Notes: generated from the letters alone by a model not told the origin. Counted from the first letter of the stretch, positions 51,183 to 64,000 are shown. The stretch is DNA of 64,000 bases from Takakia lepidozioides (GCA_030704615.1 CM060731.1:8246001-8310000), one strand, 5' to 3'. Made by a program: numbers and translations.

Positions 51183-51908
51183 TGTCGCGGCCCTTCGCCT
51201 TGAGGGCAGGGGGTCGAGACACAAGAGGGGCTGCCCCTGTGGTGGGGGCAGTGGCAACAATAGATACGGGGGTTGAAGCACCCTTGAGTGTTTTGGGCAC
51301 TCAAGGAGGCGGAGGCACTCACTAGGTGAAGCCCCGCACATCGGGTTGCGATGGGGGTGGTTCCACGAGGGGTGGTGGTAGCTTAGTGGGACTTTGTGGG
51401 GGTGGCATAGGACTCACCGTGGGGGCGGAGACCTTGTGGTGGGAGTCGTGGGGAGTCTTGGGACTCATCACGGTCCAATGGGGCCGTGGTAGGTGGGCCA
51501 AGACTCACCGCGACTCATCACCGGGAATCGAGGGTTTTCGTGGTGGTTTGCCATAAAATGGCATGGTTGTTTGTGAAACCCCCGCGGACAGTTACAGAAG
51601 TATATATAGGGAGTAGTAACCCCGAGAACGGTACAAGCCCGTTGGTGACCAAAAACTAGTGAGTAAGCGTGCGAGCCGGAAAGCGACCAAGGTGTGGGGA
51701 GCTGTTCCGGACTGCCATCGACCAAAGGGAATTTCCACTTGGCCCAAATTGAGAGAGGGTCAAGTGGAGGAGTAAAGGGGGACCGTTATGTCCCGGTGAG
51801 CAGCCGAAGCTCCGAGTTGGCCCGGCGGCCAGTTTGGGAGTTAGGCGCGCGCATCAAAGCGAGTAACTATGACTTGAAGGGGAGCTTACCGAAGTAAGGT
51901 GCGCGACA
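51183..51908 (+). repeat. Element A 3' LTR (726 bp)
   Basis: TGTCGCGG...CGCGACA, followed by TSD ACCCC. Confidence 0.95.
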
Positions 51909-51913
51909 ACCCC

Positions 51914-52560
51914 CAACCGGCGGTGAACTGTTTAAGGAGAAATTTCGTTTCAGGAATGTGACACTTCAAGTTCCTAACAGACCGTTTGTGGTGCCTCGGT
52001 CTGGAGTCTTGGAGTTTTTGGACCTTGCATTAAAGCATTTTCACGTGGCCATTTGGTCATGCACTGATAGATGTGTTATCTGTAGGATGTTGGAGAGCTT
52101 CGTCCCCACGAAAATAACGAAGAAGTTTTGCTTCATATGGTCTGCTGAGGATTGCAAGGATACCACCGGTTATATCAAGCTTGGGATGAAATATCTCGTG
52201 AAGGATATTCGAAGTGTTATTGCCAAGTACCCTGGTAGACCGTTTGCTACATAGGGACAAATACTTCTTGTAGATGATGAGCCATCAAATGGCCTGCGAA
52301 ACCCACAATATACTGGATTCTTTCCTTTCTCATTCAGCCTTCGCCAAACGGCTTGAGTGACTAGGATGATATGACAAAGGCAGTGTGGCCATATATATCG
52401 GAGATGGCTAGAGCTTCAACAGTCGTTGATTACATTAGCGAGAACCGGGCAAAGTGTTCTCATAAGCCTATTGGTCGAGACCATGCCTGTTGGGCCTGGT
52501 ATGGAAGATATCTTGATTCTCGTGTTTGGATCCCACAACAAAAGGAACCTGATTATCTTG
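51914..52560 (+). pseudogene. FCP1/NIF-like HAD domain, copy 3, remainder
   Basis: VVPRSGVLEFLDLALKHFHVAIWS, FIWSAEDC, YLVKDI and ILLVDDEPSNGLRNP. In-frame stops. Confidence 0.8.
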
Positions 52561-54584
52561 GTAGGCAGGATGGATCCCACTGTTCTATTGTTTGTTCAGA
52601 ATTTGATTTTCCAATTATTTTGCATTTGCATTTGCACTCTTACCTCAACAAATCCATATGCAAAACTTCCACTTTGGGCCTAACATTTGTCATTTTCAAC
52701 CGCGTGTCCCCAGTTACATTCAAGGAACGAATTCTAAAAGAGGAACAAGAGCTGCGTGATTGGGAAGAATGGCGGGTGTGCCGGGAGGCTTCAAAGGCAT
52801 CAAATAGAGTTGGCGGTAACATTTCAGATGACAATGTCAGCCGGTTTCACCTTCCTGAAAGTATCTCCGTTTCCTCTGGTGCGGAGACTGTTGCAAGTGG
52901 TTGTGGTAACCGGAGGCGTCTTCGGACACATGCCTTGACTGCGAGCCGAGGCTCAGTATTATTAATGAGTTAGTATAAGCCGTAACGGTTCTATGGCTTC
53001 AGAATCTATGGCTTGTATGCCATTAAGTCCATGAACGGATGGACAGTTGACGTTCATTTTTCTGTTGGTCCATCGCCTTGAATGATACAATCTCAAATAA
53101 AATATGAATGTTTCATATCATCAATCAGGTCCCGGCAGACTCGTTTTTCCATGTTGTCATCTTCATCACATGCCATCATTGTTTCATATTTGGTTCTGTC
53201 ATTGTTCCATGTTTGTTTGTGTATGTCATTTTGGATATCGGAGCTCTCATCATTGTTTGATTCATTGCATCATCTCATTCGTCAACTTGGTAGTGGATGT
53301 TCCTCTAAGACCACAATACATATTTGTATTTCTACATAGAATGTGTGGATGATTATACAATTCGTTGTTATATAGTGCACAAATAGCCAAATAATTATAG
53401 ATATATCTCTTTATTTCTATTATAGATTATATTTATTCATATATCTTATATTATTTCTGGACCAAACAAAAGTCCAGAATTAGTTAAAATAGTGTTGTTA
53501 TACCAAGTCCGTGGATTATGGGCGGTTACAGTGGAGAGCCAAGTGTGGCCATGTGCCTATTTGGGGGAGGCTAGGCACTGCGTAGCCTGCAATGTTTGTT
53601 AGGTATAACATACTAGAACAAGTTACGTCGTTGGTTACCCATGCCATATCGAAATCTTAGGAAACCTAGTTTAATTTGCGCATCAGTAACCGTAGATGAT
53701 GTCCAGAAGTGGTTGGACATGCCATGTGACAAATGCGGAGAAGAGACCTACTTAGATATATAGAAATTTGTGTAAGTGGGGGAAGCCTGAATTAGCACAC
53801 TTGGTTCCCATATCACTTAACACGGTAATTGAATGGGAGAGGAGGTCAGGTTTCCATCTTGTAAATGCACCATATCTATGGATCTTTTTCTCTCCACTCA
53901 AAACAAGGAAATGGGTGGTCCACATGGCCTTGCTCAATCACCAAAGCTTGCAGAATTTTCCTAATGGCCCCATTTCAACGGCATGCCCCTAGTGTAACTA
54001 CAGCTTTTCTTTTGCACTAAACATCAAGACTAGAAACATGTGAAATAAGCATGCCATCTCCGAAAACCATCAAGATTGCAGTGACTATGTAGGATGGACA
54101 AAAGAATGGAACATATGCGATCACAAAAATGTATATAAATTTACTAGATTGAAAAATTGAGGATGCAATTGCAATATGGATAATTACAAGAAATTCTCGA
54201 GTTATATGGGATTCATCCTTTGCACGGAGCCCTAGCAGATTAAGCTCGAGGTAAGCAGAACCTAAGTTAAGCGTCAGTGTATATAGCACAGATTCTAGAT
54301 ACCAACTGCAATTTTAAGCTTGAGGAAACCTCCTCGAGTCTTGCTATTTAAGTACCGCGGGGTTGCATTCGGAGCTTTTAGATTCCTACGAATTCTTTGT
54401 TTTCCAAGTGTATTCTTGCAAGCCAGCTTCAAAGCACAATTATTAAGAACCTGGAAGGGACCAATGAACCAATCTAGTTATTCGACATTAACATCAAAAG
54501 CAAACTGATGTAGCCATCACCAAAAAATATATATTTGCAATACATGATCAGCTCTTCAACTCTAGTTGGCGTTGATTATTGCGC

Positions 54585-55735
54585 TCATGCCCTGTACACA
54601 GAAATCTCATAAGTTGTTAGATTTTAATACCGTACAAAGTGCAATGATGAACTCTTCTGCCACCACTAGCTGGGAGTTCAAAATGGTTGTATTAAATACA
54701 TTGAAATTTGGTTAAGAATGAAAAACCCTGAATTTAAATCCTTAGGGGTTTAAGCACGGATCTTATCTTGTAAACTCACATGTAAAAGGAAATACAAAAA
54801 CTTTGAATATTATGTAATTTTTACAATGGGTGCTAGGATTGGACATGATATAGAGTACACAATTTTATACAATCAACCAACAAACAGATTTTGAGAGGAT
54901 TGACATCAGTTCATGAATGGTACGTACTGAGCGTACGAAATCAGAATTTTCCCCTCTCCAAGATCCGCAATGTCATCGAAAGCCTGTTGGGATAGATCAA
55001 AAGTTCCTTGACACGGATTGCAGAAATCCACAATCCTGACGGTTATGGATGCGGAGTATTTGCATGGCACCGGGACACCACCGTTTGTTCCACCCGTGCA
55101 AGTTATGCTATAGTAGTTTCCGCAAGCATTACCACCGTCCCAGATCTGATCACTGGCTGACGCAAACAAATCTCCACTAGGAAACTGGCTTTGATCGTAC
55201 CCGTAGCAAGCAGATGCTGAAAGATCCAGGCGAACAACAATAGAAAATGTAACACGTTAGCAAACGATGGAGTATATTATTATTAGAGAGTATATATCGC
55301 CTCACGACTATATATAGCAACATGAAGTGTCAGTACTCCAAGTTCGATTCTTACCCATTATGATGATTTATATGTAACCTCCAAAGACCGTAGTTGTAAT
55401 CTATCATTGAGAGCGAACAACTCAATCTCTTTAGATCTGTCTCTTCATGATCTTCTGAGGTCACACAAATTATAATACTGCATGCACCTCCCTTCGCCCA
55501 CACATCAGATAAATATACACTGCTCTGAATTGGTTGTGGTATAAATAGATCGAGGTTGTGCAATATGTTTTTGACAACATGAATGATTCTTCAACAAGAA
55601 GTTCCAATAATGGTCCTTACGAACGTATGGAGGAGTGTAGTAAGTGGCAGTGCCATCATCGGCGAGAGCTTTTCCGCAGAGGATCGTAAGCATCCCCATA
55701 GAAACCAACATGATGCACACCTTCACACCAGCCAT
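54585..55735 (-). CDS. EG45-like domain protein / plant natriuretic peptide (expansin-related DPBB), secreted
   Basis: Exon 1, 55735-55621: signal peptide and DGTATYYTPPYV. Exon 2, 55216-54928: PSACYG...WDGGNACG..YSITC...VRIVDFC...FDLSQQAFDDIAD. Probable micro-exon 3 at 54591-54585, otherwise read-through to the stop at 54906. GT-AG introns, no lesions. Confidence 0.9.
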
Positions 55736-55762
55736 TTCTCAGTTGTGTACTGCGCACATAGC

Positions 55763-55804
55763 GAGAGAGAGAGAGAGAGAGACACACACACACACACACA
55801 CACA
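55763..55804. repeat. Compound (GA)n(CA)n microsatellite in the 5' UTR of the EG45-like gene
   Basis: Seen directly in the sequence. Confidence 0.95.
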
Positions 55805-56558
55805 TGATGGCTTTGTGGTGTGTGTGCCCGGGTTTATGAGGTCTCCGAGTTTGAATTTTGAACTCTGATATTCTGGATTTTTCACGCTACAAAATCCCTC
55901 CATTCATCTAGTTTCATTTGTCGGTTGCTGAGTGCCCTCCGGGCACCCTCTAGTTTGCGTAGGGCCCACCCATGAAAGGGAGCAATAGCCGCAAGGCGAA
56001 GTGGCTCTTAGTTACGCCGGCCCCGGCCGGAGTCTTCTCTCTCTAGTTTCATCCATGCAAAGTAGCAGCTATGTGCCATAAAAAATGTAATATATCCACA
56101 ATATACTGAGAATACAGAAGATATAATCCATAGGTTCCACTCAAAAAAATACTTTTGCTCGAGTTAAAAAATTAAATAATAGGTCATGCACACATTAAAA
56201 TTTACAAATGAAATAACAAAATCAATTTTTCCAAATTTTCGAAAAGGTTGAGTCGTTGACTCTAGAAGCAAGCCTAAGTTATCATGTCACTTTAATCCGA
56301 CCCTGAAAGAGCTAGTAAATTATGTTTAGAAAATGGACACCAAGTTTTCAAAGATAATAATAATCATTGAAGGAGAGTATGGATGATAAGTTGTATTGTA
56401 TTGTATTTATTTATCAAACTTATAACATTAAATGGTATCTAACGACATTAAGGTAGTAAGTGAATGCATAGTCAAAACTGCAAAACTACCTACTTCTATG
56501 TTTAAGGTCCAAGTTATTTTTAGCATTAAGATAGTATGTGAAAACAAAACTCGGTCAA

Positions 56559-57327
56559 GAGTGTTGGGCGGTTATTTGATTTTTTTGATATCAGGCGGTT
56601 ACGGATGTTTCACTTTAACTTTGTATTCACATCCTCCGGTTCCAGAGTTTTGGAGCTTTCTCATTTTTGATATCCTGCTGGTTAACAATAAATATAAAAT
56701 TTAAGCCTATGCAGTTATGGACAAATGGACTTTATCTCTAGATGGTATCCGGCGGATCAGTATCCGGTTATTCAAACAAGTCATGGTTTATTTTATGATG
56801 TAAAATAAACCAAAAATTAAAATCTAAAGTAAAAATACTAATGAAAAATAATAAAATTATTTGTATCACAGAGTTTCATTAGGAGCTGAACCATAATCTG
56901 ACCTAAATTATATCACAGTTGAACATATTCGAGGTGTTCATCAACGTTATTCCATGCAAGATCCACAATCGCCGTCTCTCATAAGTCCTACGCTGCCTTC
57001 CTAATGATTGGAAATGAAATGAAGAGGTCCAGCATGCCACATCGTTTATGTAACCATATAACCTGTTAGTAACCTCCGGTTAAAAGGGCGGATATAAAGG
57101 TTCATAACCTGCCTCTTGTGGGCCACTAGTTCCAGATCAAAACAAATATAAAAGAAAAACAAAACCACGGGTTCTCAACCGGATCCGGTTATCCGAGCTA
57201 TTCATATAAGGCGGTTCCCAACGGAGGCGGATATTTAAATTTTTGACCTCCGGCAGATCCACATATATATATCCGGGTTGGGATCGGCCGGGGGTTTGAG
57301 ACAGAATCAAATATCCTCCCACCACTG
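56559..57327. mobile_element. Decayed hAT-family MITE related to the 36260 element
   Basis: Ends GAGTGTTGGGCGGTTA / TCCTCCCACCACTG, with CCGG-rich subterminal motifs. The TSD is only partly preserved (GTCAA). Confidence 0.6.
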
Positions 57328-58106
57328 GTCAAAACCGGTGAAAACAAAACTACCTATTTCTAAGGTTAAAGATCAAGCTACTTTTAGAGTTAAGGTAGTA
57401 GTTGGCCAAAATAAAAGTGGATTTAAGCCTAAAACTCCTTCCACTTCATCCCTAGGAGTTCTAGCGCCCTGCCAAGGGAAAATCACTCCATTTGGGAAAA
57501 AACCAGTGTTGGGCGGGTATGTCACTGAGAACATGACCTACAAGCCCTGACTAACCATTATGGAAACCCATTAGTAGCCCGCCGCGCCCGGGCTTGTGAC
57601 ATGGGAGACTTCACAAACACGCAACGGTATATACGGAAAAGCAAAACGAAAACTGGACCCCCTACCCCTCGAGGCCACATCATTCAACCCTAAATCAGGT
57701 GGGGGGAAATCCGGCCACAAAGTGTGTGTCAACTGCCATAGATAGCATATAAAATTTAGCAAATTATGCCAAGTATTAAAATATATATATATTAAGAAAA
57801 AACAAAAGATGAGTCCAAAAGAGGCAGGTCGGTGGGCGCTCAAGGGTTAAATGTGTCTTATGCATGAGGCGGACATTGCCACCATTTTGCATTAAAATAT
57901 CAAGAACTCATATCTGGTACCTCATATCCCAAATGTACTTTATGAAAGAGCTTCAGGCAGATGCAAGCTAGAGTGTCTTAGTTTTAGCAGATGGTGACAC
58001 GTCGATGAGAGTCCATGATTTTTATTTTTTTGGAACATATTTTTTCAGTTTGATTCTTATAAATATAGACAATAGTATACTTAACATCTTTAGTAAAGTA
58101 TTCTTA

Positions 58107-58568
58107 GAGCCGGGTTCCATCGGCAGCTGCAAGCGCCCCCCCTTGAATTTAGTGAGGCACTATTGGTCCAAATAGCATATACCCTAAGGGGCGCCTCCAC
58201 GGAATCGCCACTTGCTAAGGGGCGCAAAAAAGCCGTCCCTTCACAATGGGCGGTCGAGTTTCACGGCGCCCCTAATTGACACCTTATCTTTTCCTACAGC
58301 AGGGCCCGCAGACTTACATAATACCATTGATTTCCATCCAAACTTAAGTGAAATTTAGCAGAGGGAATGATTTTTGATATTTTCATCCAAAACTTATATT
58401 AATTGTCCATTTACTATGTCATGGGCCCACAACAATTGGTGCCAAAGATTTCTGGAGGGGTGAATGGAAAGGTCCCATCGAACCACCCTTTCTCATTTTT
58501 AAGGGGCGATTCCCTCCTGGGGGCGCTTGCTTGGGGGGGCGCTTGGGAGTGCCCATGGAACCCGGCCA
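58107..58568. mobile_element. PIF/Harbinger (Tourist-like) MITE
   Basis: Imperfect TIRs of about 33 bp, GAGCCGGGTTCCAT...AAGCGCCCCCC / GGGGGGCGCTT...ATGGAACCCGGCCA. Flanks TTA and TGA. Internal GGGGCG repeats. Confidence 0.75.
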
Positions 58569-61345
58569 TGACCCCAAAATTATATATGTTATTTATTAAA
58601 AAATAATAATCTTTAATGGAAAAAAACTATTTTGGGGGTCAAATCCTAGAGTGTATGACCATTTGTCCATATACCAATTGGTTGTCCTAGATTATATGTT
58701 GTATATTTATTAGTAAAAGATGATATCCCAAAAACTCAAAAGATAATATGAAAAACACTTATTTTTTTGTGTATAAAAAAATCCATAGTTTGATAAAAAT
58801 TTGATAGATTTTCAAACTACTTTCACCTATTGAAACATTACACATTTCTATACATGGTTTTTTGTCCTTATCACAATTGGTTAGATTTAGATATGTTTTT
58901 TAGAGTTAATAGCACAAAAAACTGTGTCGATGACAAAACAATTCTTTGAGATTCAAAAGTCCATAGCATTCTTATAGTTCATCCAATTTGCAAATAAAAT
59001 TGTTATTGTAGGTCTTGTAGGTGGTAAACAAGAACCAATTTTATTTATAATAAAGATGAACTATCGTGAACAACAAAAAAGATAACATGAAGCACAATCA
59101 CTGGAAAACTGTCCGTCGATGACGTCCAAACTGAGACACTGTAGTCTGCAACTGCTAGATTCTTCACTTTCCAATATTATGTATATGATGCTATAAAAAT
59201 CAAGAGTTGTAAGTGTTGATTGAGTAAAGTTGATAAAAAACCCAATTTTAACCATAGTCGTATAAAATGACGTGATATGGCGTGAACACATCAGCATCCC
59301 ATCGGAAAAATTCCAAAATTACTTTTAGAAAGTACTTATGCGAAACTAAAATATTGTGCTCTACACCATGTTCCGAATGATCCATTAAAACTTGAAAGAA
59401 ATCCGGGAATATATGAAAGATACTACAGAAGGGAGTTGTAGGTATTATCTCATGAGAGACATGAAAGGCATGAGTCATGAGTGATGAAAGATAAAAAGAA
59501 GATAGAAATATATAGCAAAGAGAGATAGCTATTCGAGAGCTAATTATCCATATTTTCTCCAGAAAAAAACTAAGAGTGAAGATTTAGATCAGAATTAGTC
59601 ACTCCACCGAAACCAACAGGAACACCACCATTATTTGAAGATCCCTTCTCTGGAGCCACACCCTCTTACTCTTTGCAAGAAAGACTAAGGGAGTTGGCAG
59701 GGGAGGAAGGAATAACATAGGAAACCAGACAGGAGGTGAACCCCTTGGCAAAGGACTTCGGAGAGTTCTTTGACCAGAATTGGCATGGTACTCCAAGAGG
59801 GGGAACTCCGGTTTCTGATACACGTGCCAATGAAGAAGATAATGGGGAAGAGACTAGAGAAGTTCAGACTCCCAAACTGCAACCCATCCAAGAGTTTGGT
59901 GAGTGAGGAGGAGGATACCCAAGTCAAGAACTTGGAAGATGCAGCGTATGAAGTAGTAGAACCAACAGTGGCTATTGATACAGCTATCACCACGGCATCC
60001 TATGCAACCTATTGCAGCAGGGTCAAGTGATATATAGTTGAATTTTCAATTACTGGCTGACAAAGGTGTAGGTTCAAGTAGATCAGGCGGTGAGCTTGGA
60101 TGGTTGATAATGTCAACACCTATTGCTTTGAATTTGCTGGGACCACAGGCCCTCCATCATTGGGAATGTTCCACAACAAGGGTTCATCAATGTTTATGAC
60201 AATGAGAAGAAATAAATGCCAGGAATATCGCATATAACCTTCATCTCTATGTGAAAGCTAACGCATGCCTGCAGCTCGACGCAGCAAGCTCACGCAGTAG
60301 AAGGCGCACCACCAGCTATGAGCTATGGCGTCCCCAATGTAGCTTTTGTTTTCCATCGATCATTCAATCTGTAACCTTCAATTTCCTTCCAACCCGTAGT
60401 TTTAATCTGTAAGCGACTGTTAGTGTGGAGCGTGATTGGGCAGTGAAGACGCGTTTGCCGACAGTGAGGACGGTAATATCTCTTAATCCTGGCTTACTTA
60501 GCCACTATGCGTGGCGGCCCTATAGCCACGGCTAACTAATTACGTCAGAACTAGCCAGCCATTGCTAGTGGTGGCTAACTAGCCACCAGTGTGGCTAGAG
60601 CCTTAGCTGTCTTTTATAAATATGTTGTGAATCCTAGAGTTAGGGTTCTGAAACCCTAAATTAAAACCAGTTTAATTAGATCACTCAAGGCCCTTGTTCA
60701 TATAGGTCATCGAATGAATTTTGATTTTTGCAGCATGTGCCTGCTTGGCAATTTCAGGACATCCATAGGAAATATTATGTCATTCCTGAGGTTTAAAGAG
60801 AGAGAGAATGTCATTTGTTTGCAATAGCCTTGTGGCCATGGACTCCGCGCTCAATTTGAGTGGAACATAAAGGGACAGAAACTACCTTTGTCAAGGACTG
60901 ACACCGGTAGTACGACTTACCTTGGAACAGACAATTGATCCGAGTTTTCTAGAAAAGGAATGCTCATGGTATGGAGACCCAACTCTTTCCCTTGGGCCCA
61001 AGAAACCTACCATTAAGGTATATTTTTTTTAAGCCTGTCGCAACCGTAGGATTGAAACAGGTCATAGATGGGGTTGTACGTAGGTAGAGACTAGAGACTC
61101 TCGACAGCCACCTCGCGGCAAGCACTCAACGTAGGTTTTGCTCGTAGAATGATCAGGCCTCTCTATCTCTTGGACCTCCTCCTTCCGTGATGAACACAAT
61201 CATCATCAACAATCCAACAAATTGCTCGTTTATAAGTTGTTGCAATGCCAAAATGGTTGTAATCACGCGCGTGAAGGCCATGAAGAGGACCAAGGCCACA
61301 AGAATATTATGCCTGTAGGTTTGGGCTGTAGGCTTGGGCCCAATA

Positions 61346-61475
61346 GGTTTACACGAGGAGGCCCAATTCCTTGAAAATTATATTTTAATCAGTTCGTTCA
61401 GCCCGATTGTGAGCCCAAAAGCTCTAGTCTTGGGCCCATGATTTCTTGGGCCCGGGCCCTCGTGTAAACCGGCTC
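61346..61475. mobile_element. Small decayed Harbinger-like MITE
   Basis: GGTTTACACGAGG ... CCTCGTGTAAACCGGCTC followed by TAA. The left TIR is truncated. Confidence 0.55.
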
Positions 61476-64000
61476 TAAGTTACTGGATTTTCTTAATGAG
61501 TCATTCCCAGTGTGCTGATCTGTGTACTTTATAGCCAAGTAGTGGGCTATTGCTACATTCCACCCTCATGAGAAAAGGTCGAAATAAATATAATTTTATG
61601 CATGTCCTATATGCTTCTGTAATACCAGATATGCAATGTTGGTGAGGTGCATTTATCTTAATGAGATCTAATTGAGAGAGAGAAATTGCAATATTTACAT
61701 GTGGATTGAATAATTGTGAATTGTGGGCTGTAGCTCCCAGGTTTCCTTCTTACAAAAATAAGTAAATAAAAAAAATGGAGAAAGAAGTCATTGAATACTC
61801 ATAATTTTTTTGTTATACGAAATTTTGTAAAATATCTAAATTGAAATTCTATAATATTAATGTACTTATAAATATCTTATTGTATTGTTTTGTTTTCTTT
61901 ACTTTAAAAAATAGGGGAAGATAATGAAGGGAGTGTAATTCCAATCAGGGTGACACCAAAGGGAGTGTCACTCCACTAGGTGTACCCAACTATCACCCGC
62001 CCAACACCTGCCTAGTACTACCCAATACCAGCCAAAAATGAAGAACCAGTTGCATACAGCATACGTGCATACCCAGACCTTGGACACCTCTATTACCTAT
62101 AACCGTTGGTAATCTGAATCCAATAAATTTTGAAGTCGGAGCCACGGGTGGTCTGCTCTCCAGATCGGAGATTGAAAACAGCAAATGTTCAGGAAGCAAA
62201 TGTTCAGGAATCTCTTCGTTGACACTTCACAAAATTCATGAATGATTTATATCTCCTGGTCAGGGGACTTCATGGGGCCGGCTGTCCGTCGGCACCCATG
62301 CCCGCATGTATGACCCATGCCCGCATGTATGTTCTTCATCTACCGACAATCAAGTTGTAGCCAAGTTGGTAATGGGCACATACCACCTCGGAAGTGGTTG
62401 TGGGTTCAATCCACCCTTGGTGTCACAAAGGTGTCCACCTTTCTAGAGAAGGCAGTAACCCTTGGGAGGGTGAAGAGAAGAGGCACCATAATTTACGCTT
62501 CCTTTGGGAGGCGTCAAATATTATTATTATTGTTCTTCATCTACAGTGAGCAAATCTTTTGACAGAGGGACTGGGGTAAGTTCATTTGGAATCTTGTTTG
62601 CTTCCAGCTTTTTTATTCGAATTTCTCATGCCATTAAGTTTGGATTTGGGTTTCAGTCTTGTTCATTTGAATTCCTTGATTTCCATCTATAACTCCACTG
62701 CTGCCTGTCACAATGCCACGCTAGGACATATTTGAGCAATTTGTCTGTATTCCTGCAACATGAAGTGTCAGGTGAATATGTAGCCTGTCACCAGTAAAAG
62801 GCAAGCTCTTTCCTGGCGTGTCAATGCAAAGGCATAGGTGAAAATAGAACCGGCATACTGAAATGTGCACAAACCTGTCAAATTCCCGTCAAATCTCATC
62901 ACTGACCTGGATGATTTGATCACAAGGTCTGGGCCTTAATCATTTGGGCCTGTAGGGAGACAACATTATTGGAGAAATTCCATATACGCAGAGAACTGGT
63001 TCCTTCAACTTCTCTGACATGGCTACTGCATCAATCTTCCTATCCACCAAGTGCATATCTATACGTGTTCAGAAAACGCAACTTGGAAAGGGCGTCCTAT
63101 TGAGGCATAGGTATGTAGGCTGGTACTGCCGACTATCACCACCACTATGAAACAAGCATCCATACAGAATACCCATCAGACAAAACTTGACTAGTGCAGA
63201 CTACGGATATTTTTACGTGATCTTTACAGGACCTTCCTGACATTTCCTCTATCTCATGGTTAGGGGCATTTGTAGACTTTTCCATTGCCACTTTCACTTA
63301 ACTGATTTGCACACAAAAGCTGCTATAGCAGATCACATTCACAAATATATTTGTCAATGTTGTATAGGCCTGGTTTCTCTGCATCACTAAAGCAAAGGGC
63401 ATATCTGACCCCTAAGTTGACCCTACATCAACCCGGATTTGCATATCAAGAAAGCAAATCCTTGCAAATGGGGACAGAACTGACATATTAACCACCCTCA
63501 CTACCTGTAACATGTTCTAACTCCTTAACTTCTCTGCGTAGATAGGTGAGCATGTGCTTCTGTTGACTGTGAAGTACCTGGGGAGTATGACACACCTAAT
63601 ACAGGTATACCAGATTGTAGAATTCGCCCCCACACCCCGCGTCCCCTTCTCATGGTATGCTCCAGGCAGTTCATATGTACTTCGAAAACTTGAAGTCACT
63701 TCTTTTAATGCCACCAACGTGCTAGGATGCAGAGTTTAAACTCGGTGACACTGGCGCTGGTATGCAGACAGTACATGTCAATAAGCAGCAGACCAAAATA
63801 CAAAGGCTAACATAGTAAAGGGGGCCAGCCAACATGACATCTGTCTATCCACAGGGAATGTAACGATTAAAACTATAAGACAATGTGAGTGAAGCAACAC
63901 ATTGTGGCGAATACATGTTATCTGACATGTTACAAAAGTGCCTTTCACACGAGCTATTTGGTAACCTGGCTACAGATGAATGGATGACGCTTTGAACCAG

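Larger units (their letters stand above)
20605..51908 (+). mobile_element. Element A: Ty3/gypsy chromovirus (Tcn1/Galadriel-like), with nested insertions and an internal inversion
   Basis: TG...CA LTRs. TSD ACCCC at 20600-20604 and 51909-51913. tRNA-Met PBS. gag-PR-RT-RH-INT-chromodomain. Confidence 0.93.

Noticed and set aside
54290-54310. PBS-like remnant CTAGATACCA
   Set aside because: It is mismatched to the Met PBS and no LTR pair was found.
57550-57850. piggyBac-like end (CAAGGGTTAA)
   Set aside because: No convincing matching left TIR or TTAA.
60480-60610. TAGCCA/TGGCTA inverted motif cluster resembling DNA-transposon subterminal repeats
   Set aside because: No TIR or TSD was identifiable.
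57504-62010. Larger hAT element bounded by CAGTGTTGGGCGGG and CCCGCCCAACACCTG
   Set aside because: The 8-bp flanks do not match (GAAAAAAC versus CCTAGTAC) and no transposase remnant was recognised. It remains possible but unsupported.
59600-64000. Coding-like decayed fragments
   Set aside because: No recognisable motifs in the frames examined. A translated search is needed.

Overview
Eukaryotic, transposon-saturated plant DNA. A non-seed land plant such as a moss or lycophyte is likely, but that is inference from TE types and cargo. The only apparently intact host gene is an EG45-like/plant natriuretic peptide (DPBB) gene at 54585-55735 (-). The rest is nested layers, mostly delimited by target-site duplications (TSDs). 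(1) A decayed, intron-containing basal multi-gene block (about 3473-53992 once insertions are removed) encodes a ParB/Srx-like plus degenerate methyltransferase-like protein and three non-canonical FCP1/NIF HAD domains, and may end in a Helitron-like terminus. (2) An LTR retrotransposon 5' end occupies 1-3472 (-). (3) Two sister Pack-CACTA elements (8832-14024, 15540-20446) carry fragments of pGlcT, OSB-type PDF-motif and PLS-PPR genes. (4) A chromovirus (element A, 20605-51908, TSD ACCCC) splits one NIF gene. (5) Inside A lie a tRNA-Gly-primed Ty3/gypsy element with 3.4-kb LTRs (element B, 21226-42281) and an opposite-facing related solo LTR (45460-48779). Swapped TSDs show that recombination between them inverted A's gag-PR-RT-RH (42282-45459). 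(6) A hAT element (36260-41862, TSD GTATTGCC) sits in B's 3' LTR, and its transposase leader is an array of about 12 repeated mini exon-intron units. Several MITEs lie to the right of the EG45 gene. All protein-family calls come from manual motif reading, not database searches.
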